From the NCBI GenBank assembly GCA_022772735.1, contig JALEZD010000023.1, positions 99,791 to 123,790 of the forward strand: a stretch of DNA of 24,000 nt, read 5' to 3'. The DNA comes from Erysipelotrichaceae bacterium (GTDB taxonomy: Bacteria > Bacillota_I > Bacilli_A > Erysipelotrichales > Erysipelotrichaceae). This document shows, piece after piece, positions 15,714-22,444 of this stretch. Positions within the stretch are counted from its first letter, which is position 1. The number at the start of each line of letters is the position of its first letter. The notes below the pieces were generated by a model that saw only the letters and a list, made by a program, of their open reading frames with translations, searched no databases and had not been told where the DNA came from. Both the position numbers and the translations under genes were made by a program.

Positions 15714-16752
15714 ATTATTAAAAGAATTAAGTGAAATTCCTTCTATTTCTTCAAATGAATATTTAATATGTGATTATATAAAAGATAAGTTAAACACTAT
15801 AGGATATAAATATAGAGTTGATGGATTAAATAGTGTTATTGCTTATAAAGAAAATACTTTAAATCCTTTAAAATTTATGATTGCTACTCATGTTGATGAA
15901 ATTGGGTTTATTGTAAAAAGTATTGATAATAGTGGGTTTATAAAAATGGAAGCTGTTGGCTCATGGTGGTCACATTTGGTCATGGGGCAATTAATGGAGA
16001 TAACAACATCTGAAAATAAAAGATTTTTAGCCCTTGTTGGAAGTCTTCCAACACATGGTATAAAAAAAGAAATAAAAGAAAGAACTATTGATTTAAATGA
16101 TTTATATTTAGATTTAGGTGTTTCAAGCAAAGAGAGTGTATTAAAACTTGGTATAAATATTGGCGATATGATAACTCCATATGCAAAAACACAAATGATG
16201 AATGAATATGGTTATGTTATCTCAAAAGCATTTGACAATAGAATAAGTACATACATTCTTATGAGATTTTTAGAAGAGGTAAATAATAAAAATAATATTT
16301 TTGGAGCTTTTACAACTCAGGAAGAAGTTGGATTGCGTGGAGCTAGAACATCAACAAATATGATAAAACCTGATATCGCTTTTGCGATTGATACAACTCT
16401 TGCAGGAGATACACCACTTACTAAAAATATATGTAAATTAAATGGTGGAGTTGTTTTATCAATGATTGATTCAAATTCAATTGCACCTAGAAAATTAATA
16501 AGGTATTTAGAAAATTTATGCAATAAAAATAATATTAAATATCAATATGCAGTTTTTAATGGTGGAGGAACTGATTCAGGTAATATACACAAATCATTAG
16601 ATGGTATATTAAATTTAACACTGTCTATTCCTATAAGATATATGCATTCTAATTATTCAATGGTAAATTTAAATGATGTTGAAGAGTGTATAAAATTATT
16701 ACTTGCGATTAATGAAGATATTACTTTAGATAAGATAGAGGAACTTATATGA
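15703..16752 (+). CDS. M42-family metallo-aminopeptidase (FrvX/YsdC/TET-like), ligands intact
   Basis: All canonical M42 motifs are present: HVDEIG, AFDNR, QEEVGLRGA, AIDTT and RYMHS. The ORF track starts at GTG 15697. I prefer ATG 15703, after the GGGGTGAG RBS. Either start overlaps the upstream gene end (15713). Confidence 0.85.
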   Translation: MSFKLLKELSEIPSISSNEYLICDYIKDKLNTIGYKYRVDGLNSVIAYKENTLNPLKFMIATHVDEIGFIVKSIDNSGFIKMEAVGSWWSHLVMGQLMEITTSENKRFLALVGSLPTHGIKKEIKERTIDLNDLYLDLGVSSKESVLKLGINIGDMITPYAKTQMMNEYGYVISKAFDNRISTYILMRFLEEVNNKNNIFGAFTTQEEVGLRGARTSTNMIKPDIAFAIDTTLAGDTPLTKNICKLNGGVVLSMIDSNSIAPRKLIRYLENLCNKNNIKYQYAVFNGGGTDSGNIHKSLDGILNLTLSIPIRYMHSNYSMVNLNDVEECIKLLLAINEDITLDKIEELI

Positions 16753-17873
16753 GAAATGAATTATTTAAAGCTATTGATGAATTAAAAGATAGTCTAATTA
16801 ATGATGTGTGTGATTTAGTAAAAATAGAAAGTATTCAAGGTGAAAGTACAGTTGATTTTCCATATGGTAAAAATGTGAATGATGCTTTAAGTCACGCCCT
16901 TAAAATTTGCGAAAGGGAAGGTTTACTAACAAAGAATATTGATAATCAAATGGGTTATGGGCAATATGGAGAATCTAAAGAATATATCGGTATTTTTGGG
17001 CATTTAGATGTTGTTGAAGTGGGTGATGGTTGGAAATATCCACCTTTTAGTGCAACTATTAGTGAAAATAAAATATGGGGTAGAGGTGCTTTAGATAATA
17101 AAGGACCAATAATTGCAGCGTTATATGGATTATTAGCATTAAAAAAATTAAATATATGTCCTAAAAGAGCCATTAGAATTGTTTTTGGAACAAATGAAGA
17201 AACAGGAATGAATGATATAAAATATTATTTGGAAAAAGAAAATCCACCGATAATGGGATTTACACCAGATAATAAATTTCCTGCAATTTATGGTGAGCGT
17301 GGAAGAGCAGTAATTGAAGTAGAAAATGAAATTTCTTTAATGGTTGATTTTATTAATGAATATTTTATGAATGCAAAACCTAATGGTGATAGATTAGGTA
17401 TAAATGTTTTTGATAATGATTTTAAAGAAATGATTATTAGAAATAAAAAAATAGATTATAAAAATAATAAAATGTCCATCAAGTTTAGTTTGAGTACACC
17501 AGTTTGTGATATTAATGAAATTATTGAAAAAATATCATTAAAATCTAATGGTGGAAATGTTAAGTTAATTTCATGGTCACCTTGGGTTTTACATAATAAG
17601 GATGCAACATTAATAAAAATTTTAAATGATGCATATAATGAAATTTTTGATACAAATCTAGAGCCAACAACTACTACAGGTGGAACTTATGCTCATATTT
17701 GTACAAATATAATTCCATATGGACCATCTTTTCCAGGTCAAAATGGAATTGCTCATCAACCAAATGAGTTTATAGATATTGATGATTTAATTTTATGTGC
17801 GAAAGTTTATGCATATGCACTTTATAAACTATCATTAATAGATGAAATTGAAAAACCACTTATTTTGAAATAG
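16749..17873 (+). CDS. M20-family dipeptidase (PepV/Sapep-like, short lid region)
   Basis: 374 aa. Motifs are GHLDVVEVGDGWKYPPF, GRGALDNKGP, GTNEETG, GFTPDNKFPAIYGERG and C-terminal GGTYAH. It is about 90 aa shorter than typical PepV. There is an ATGA overlap with the upstream stop (16749-16752). Confidence 0.85.
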   Translation: MRNELFKAIDELKDSLINDVCDLVKIESIQGESTVDFPYGKNVNDALSHALKICEREGLLTKNIDNQMGYGQYGESKEYIGIFGHLDVVEVGDGWKYPPFSATISENKIWGRGALDNKGPIIAALYGLLALKKLNICPKRAIRIVFGTNEETGMNDIKYYLEKENPPIMGFTPDNKFPAIYGERGRAVIEVENEISLMVDFINEYFMNAKPNGDRLGINVFDNDFKEMIIRNKKIDYKNNKMSIKFSLSTPVCDINEIIEKISLKSNGGNVKLISWSPWVLHNKDATLIKILNDAYNEIFDTNLEPTTTTGGTYAHICTNIIPYGPSFPGQNGIAHQPNEFIDIDDLILCAKVYAYALYKLSLIDEIEKPLILK

Positions 17874-17895
17874 TGCTTTAAAGGCACTATTTTTA
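17871..17895 (+). terminator. Rho-independent terminator closing the PTS/peptidase block
   Basis: TAGTGC(TT)-TAA-(AG)GCACTA hairpin (17871-17889) followed by TTTTT (17890-17894). It begins at the stop codon TAG. Confidence 0.55.
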
Positions 17896-17930
17896 ATATT
17901 ATAATTAATAATATAGATTGGAATTTAGCT

Positions 17931-18728
17931 ATGTATAATATTACTATTAACAAAAATACTGTTTATATTGATGATATTGTTTCATTTGAATTTATTAGTA
18001 AAGATAAAATTATAACATTTAGTTTTATTATACATAAGGATGTAGATTTTTATTGTTTTAGTGAAATATTAAACTTATTTACAAATTTTATGATAAAAAA
18101 GTTTAAAGTAATTAAATTGAAAATTAAAAAAGAAAATGTAAATAAATATTACAAGTCATTTTATGAATGCATGTATTATGAATATAAAGAATATTTAATA
18201 AGAAGTGTTGAAGCATACAGGTATTTAATTGATGAAAATGCTTTTGATAATAAAGGTTTTATTATTAATCAATCAAAACTTAAAATTATACCTTTTAAAA
18301 TGTTTAAAACTGATAAAAAAGGTTGTGGATGGATTGCGGTTTATAATTTTTTAAAAATAATTCACAGAGAAAAAACAATTAAAGAAGTTTCACAAAATGT
18401 TTCAAAATATGCATTGTTTTTTGGTGCAATTGGACAAGATATTTTTACGATATTTTATTATTTAAGAAAAAATAATATAAATGTATTTTTAACTCCAATA
18501 TTTAAAAGACAGTGTATTAGAGATATAAAAATGAGTAAAGCTGGTATTATATTGTATATTCATTCAAGAGGTTCTCATTATGTTGCATATAAAAATTTAG
18601 GTAATGGTAAATGTTTGTTATATAATGTTGTATATGGAAAAGAAAATCACATTATGAATATTGAAGAGTTTTATAAAAAATATTCTATAACGCCATTGGG
18701 AATGTTATTGTTTGTGAATGAGGTATAG
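17931..18728 (+). CDS. Hypothetical protein with a putative papain-fold (C39-like) cysteine peptidase domain in its C-terminal half
   Basis: 265 aa with no signal peptide. Candidate triad: Cys132 in KKGCGWIAVYNFL (18324-18326), His216 in RGSHYVAYK (18576-18578) and Asn231 in LLYNV. The Cys-to-His spacing is about 84 aa and the His-to-Asn spacing is 15 aa. By recollection these resemble C39-type domains. The RBS is weak and the N-terminal 100 aa are unrecognised. Confidence 0.35.
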   Translation: MYNITINKNTVYIDDIVSFEFISKDKIITFSFIIHKDVDFYCFSEILNLFTNFMIKKFKVIKLKIKKENVNKYYKSFYECMYYEYKEYLIRSVEAYRYLIDENAFDNKGFIINQSKLKIIPFKMFKTDKKGCGWIAVYNFLKIIHREKTIKEVSQNVSKYALFFGAIGQDIFTIFYYLRKNNINVFLTPIFKRQCIRDIKMSKAGIILYIHSRGSHYVAYKNLGNGKCLLYNVVYGKENHIMNIEEFYKKYSITPLGMLLFVNEV

Positions 18729-18730
18729 TT

Positions 18731-21460
18731 GTGTTTAAAAAAATATGTTTGTTTTTGTTTGTATTAACATTATTTATAACTAATGTAAATGCACTTGTGT
18801 TAAGTGATTTTACAATTGATGATAAATTTCATGTTTATTCTTTAGAGTATGATAATTTTCAAGAAGTAGGAGTCTTTGAAAATTATAAAGATGCATCTAA
18901 CTTTTTTGAAACAAATAAAGATTCCTATAATAATTTGTCAATATATTCTAATGGTTATTTTTACAAGGCAGAATATGCAATAGTAGCTTTTAAATATAGT
19001 GATAAATGTGATTATAATGTGGAGTTTAACAATGATTTAGATAATTCTAAAAATTATTTAAATGCGTGTTATGGTGTTGATGGTGCATATGTTGATACAT
19101 CTGAAAACGGTACTAAGATAAAATTTAAAATATCTGGTGTTGATGGCTGGGCAAATTTTTCTGATGTAACAATATATCCTCTACAATTATTACCAGGTAG
19201 ACTTACAAAATATAAGGTTATTGATAATAATCTATTTCATCAAATAAAGCATTCTTTTAATAATGACTATTATAGTAGTATTATTAATCTTGGAGAAGCA
19301 CCAGAATATTTAGAAAATGGATTAGAATATTTTAGTTATGATGGACATTATTTTTATAATGATGATTCTTTATGGCTAATGCTTGATGATTATAGAAATA
19401 GTAATACTAATAATAGTGTAAATAAAGATAATCCATATTATAATTATTATCAATTTGTTAGTAATAGAACTTTAAGCAATTATTCTTATAAACTAATAGA
19501 TGAATATTTAAAAAACAATTTACATATGAATGGCGAAGTTGTTAGTTATATTGATTATGATAGAGATAGTATTAATGATATTATCAACAAAACACAATTT
19601 TATAATCAAATTGATTCATTTTATCAATATCAATATCAATATGGAGCAAATGCACTAATGATGATTTCTCTTTCAATGAATGAAAGTGCCAGTGGTAGAA
19701 GTTCACTTGCGTTTACTAGAAATAACTTATTTGGTCATTCTGCATTTGATAGTGATGTAGAAAAAAATGCTTCAAGATATCTAAATCCTTCTTCTTCAAT
19801 ATATAGTCATGCAAAATATTATATTTCAAATAGTTATTGCAACCCCAAAAAATTTCAATATCATGGATGTTTTTTTGGTAATAAATCTTCAGGAATGAAT
19901 GTGAGTTATGCATCAGATCCATATTGGGGTGAAAAAGCTGCACAAAACTATTATTTATTGGATAAAAAGTTAGGAATGGAAGATTTTAATAAATATACAA
20001 TAGGTATAAAAGATATAAGTAATGAAATAAATATATATAAAAATCCTAATAGCGAATCAGAAATACTTTATAGTACTGACAAACAAAAAGATACTTCTTT
20101 TATAATTCTTGAAACAATAAATAATGACGAAGGTCAATGGTATAAAATTCAAAGTGATGCCGCATTAAACGATGATGGAAATGTTGATAATAATGTTTAT
20201 TATTATAGTTTCAAAGATGATATAGGATATATTAAATCAGATAATATAAAAATTATTAATCAAGGGAAAAGTGACATTATTGAAAATGTAAAGATAACTT
20301 TTGATGCCAAAGATGGATTTTTTAGAGATAATACAAATAAGGTTGTTTATGATATTGAAATAAATAAAATTCCAACGGTTGAAACACCTACATTACAAGG
20401 CTATTTATTTACGGGATGGGATAAAAATATTGTTGAAGCTACATCAGAAGAATATTATAGTGCAACTTATAAAAAAGTTTTAAATATTGAAATGGTTTCT
20501 ATACCAAAAACTCAATATGAAATAAATGATAGAATTGATATTTCTAATGGTAAAATAAAAATTAATTTTGAAGATGGAACATCAAATGAAGTAGAGCTAT
20601 CAACAAGTATGGTTTCTAATTTTGATTTTAAAGTTGCTGGTGAACAAGAGGTGATTGTTACATATGGTGGTTCGACAACATCTTATAAGATAGATGTTTC
20701 TGAAGAATTAGATGTAATTAGAAATCAAATAAGGGATGAAATAATAACTTTAATTGAAGAAAATGGTAATTCAAGTAATTTTGATTCACAAAGTCTATTA
20801 GATTTGAAAAATAAAATAGATACTTATATGGTTCCGTCAATTAATCAAAGTAGAATTAGAAGTATTGATAAAATATTTTATGAATTTTTTAAAAACAAAA
20901 TAAATTATATTGTTGATGGTAAAAGTCTTGATGGTTCTGTTTCAGGTTTAGCATTATCTGTTAAACTAGAAAAATCATTAGAAAAAAAATTTTTTAAGGA
21001 TAATATAAAAATAACAATTAAAAATAGTAACGTAAATAATAAATTAAAAGAATTAGCTATTGGAAATAATTATACAATTTTTAATGGTTTAAAAGTTTCT
21101 GGAAATAAAAATTTTGGTGAATTAAATCTTCATGGACCAATTATAGTAAAAATAAAAAAACCTGAAGGATCACTAGAAAATCAATTATTTAGTGTTTTAC
21201 ATATAAAAGGTGATAACATATTAGAGCTGTATACAACACAGTCAAGTAATTACATAATGTTTGTAACAGATAGCTTTGGTGATTTTCTCGTTGTTGCAAA
21301 AAATACAACTAATACATATAGCAATGAAGATATTTTAGAAAATATTCAAAGTACAAGTAATAATAGTTATTTGTTGTATATATTAATATCATCTGGTTTA
21401 TTGTTTATTTTATTGTATTTGTTAAAAAGGAAGAGATTTAATGATAAACAAAAAAATTGA
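18731..21460 (+). CDS. Large secreted, membrane-anchored multidomain protein with a GH73 N-acetylglucosaminidase domain
   Basis: 909 aa with a GTG start 7 nt after GAGG. The signal peptide is MFKKICLFLFVLTLFITNVNA. The GH73 motif is GANALMMISLSMNESASGRSSLAFTRNNLFGHSAFD, with a putative catalytic Glu318 at 19682-19684. An SH3-like segment reads EGQWYKIQSD. A Listeria/Bacteroides-type repeat (FDAKDGFF...LQGYLFTGWDK) spans 20288-20476. An Ig-like module (GKIKINFEDGTSNEV...GEQEVIVTYGGSTTSYKIDV) spans about 20489-20701. A C-terminal TM helix plus KRKRF tail spans 21368-21439, with no LPXTG motif. Confidence 0.75.
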   Translation: MFKKICLFLFVLTLFITNVNALVLSDFTIDDKFHVYSLEYDNFQEVGVFENYKDASNFFETNKDSYNNLSIYSNGYFYKAEYAIVAFKYSDKCDYNVEFNNDLDNSKNYLNACYGVDGAYVDTSENGTKIKFKISGVDGWANFSDVTIYPLQLLPGRLTKYKVIDNNLFHQIKHSFNNDYYSSIINLGEAPEYLENGLEYFSYDGHYFYNDDSLWLMLDDYRNSNTNNSVNKDNPYYNYYQFVSNRTLSNYSYKLIDEYLKNNLHMNGEVVSYIDYDRDSINDIINKTQFYNQIDSFYQYQYQYGANALMMISLSMNESASGRSSLAFTRNNLFGHSAFDSDVEKNASRYLNPSSSIYSHAKYYISNSYCNPKKFQYHGCFFGNKSSGMNVSYASDPYWGEKAAQNYYLLDKKLGMEDFNKYTIGIKDISNEINIYKNPNSESEILYSTDKQKDTSFIILETINNDEGQWYKIQSDAALNDDGNVDNNVYYYSFKDDIGYIKSDNIKIINQGKSDIIENVKITFDAKDGFFRDNTNKVVYDIEINKIPTVETPTLQGYLFTGWDKNIVEATSEEYYSATYKKVLNIEMVSIPKTQYEINDRIDISNGKIKINFEDGTSNEVELSTSMVSNFDFKVAGEQEVIVTYGGSTTSYKIDVSEELDVIRNQIRDEIITLIEENGNSSNFDSQSLLDLKNKIDTYMVPSINQSRIRSIDKIFYEFFKNKINYIVDGKSLDGSVSGLALSVKLEKSLEKKFFKDNIKITIKNSNVNNKLKELAIGNNYTIFNGLKVSGNKNFGELNLHGPIIVKIKKPEGSLENQLFSVLHIKGDNILELYTTQSSNYIMFVTDSFGDFLVVAKNTTNTYSNEDILENIQSTSNNSYLLYILISSGLLFILLYLLKRKRFNDKQKN

Positions 21461-21704
21461 TATAAATAGTATTAAGTTTGTTTATACTAAGTATGATGAA
21501 GTTTTGTATGAAAGTATTAAAAGTAAAGGGTTATTCATTGCTGTAAAAGTTTGTATGAATGATGATGGTTATGTTTGTATTGACGGTAATAAAAGGCTAT
21601 CTGTATTAAAAGATTTAGGAATTAAAGAAGTTTTTGTTATGATAAAAAATGATTTTAGCAAAGCAGGAAGTACGTATTGGGGAAATACAAGAAACAAACA
21701 TTAG
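21441..21704 (+). CDS. Stand-alone ParB/sulfiredoxin-like N-terminal domain miniprotein
   Basis: 87 aa. IDINSIKF...LYESIKSKGLFIAVKV....DGYVCIDGNKRLSVLKDLGIKEVFVMI follows the ParBc pattern (SI...G...P.V ... DG.HR..A...LG). The usual HR is replaced by KR. An AAGGAAGA RBS lies at 21428-21435. The gene overlaps the 3' end of the upstream gene by 20 nt. Confidence 0.5.
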   Translation: MINKKIDINSIKFVYTKYDEVLYESIKSKGLFIAVKVCMNDDGYVCIDGNKRLSVLKDLGIKEVFVMIKNDFSKAGSTYWGNTRNKH

Positions 21705-21712
21705 GAGAAGTT

Positions 21713-22444
21713 ATGGAAAGAATTCAAAAGGTAATTGCACAAGCAGGTATTGCATCTAGAAGAAAAGCAGAAGAATTAATATTACAAGGTAAAGTGAAAG
21801 TTGATGGAGAAACTATTTCTGAGCTTGGTTATAAGGTTAAAAAAGGGGCTTTAATAGAAGTAGATGGCAAAAAAATTGAAAAAGAGGACAAGGTATATTT
21901 TGTTTTAAATAAGCCCAAAAATATTATTAGTTCTGTAAGTGATGATAAAAACAGAAAAACTGTAGTAGATTTAATTAATGTAAAAGAAAGAATTTTTCCG
22001 ATTGGAAGACTAGATTATGATACTACGGGTGTTTTATTGCTTAGTAATGATGGAGAATTTGCGAATGAGTTAATTCACCCAAGATATCATGTAGAAAAAG
22101 AATACGATGTTACAATAAAAGGCATTTTAAATAGTGAAGAAATAAAAATGTTGCAAAAGGGTATTGTGATTGATGGTAAAAAAACACTTCCTGCAAAAGT
22201 TTTTTTGGTAAATAAAGACTTAAAAAGTGGGATTTGTAATATACAGCTTATTATTAAAGAAGGTAGAAATCATCAAGTTAAAAAGATGATTGAATATTTT
22301 GGATACACAGTTACAAAACTTAATCGCAGAAGATTTGGATGTATAAATTTAAAAGGCCTTAACCTTGGAGAATATAGAAGATTAAAGCCTTTTGAAATTA
22401 AAAGATTAAAAGCTATTGCAAACTCTAATGAAGATTTAAAATAG
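21713..22444 (+). CDS. rluB: 23S rRNA pseudouridine synthase, RsuA/RluB family
   Basis: The S4 domain reads RIQKVIAQAGIASRRKAEELILQGKVKVDG. The catalytic motif is GRLDYDTTGVLLLSNDGE, and it also has EGRNHQVKKM. The ORF track starts at 21677. I prefer ATG 21713, after the AGGAGA RBS (21703-21708). Confidence 0.85.
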   Translation: MERIQKVIAQAGIASRRKAEELILQGKVKVDGETISELGYKVKKGALIEVDGKKIEKEDKVYFVLNKPKNIISSVSDDKNRKTVVDLINVKERIFPIGRLDYDTTGVLLLSNDGEFANELIHPRYHVEKEYDVTIKGILNSEEIKMLQKGIVIDGKKTLPAKVFLVNKDLKSGICNIQLIIKEGRNHQVKKMIEYFGYTVTKLNRRRFGCINLKGLNLGEYRRLKPFEIKRLKAIANSNEDLK

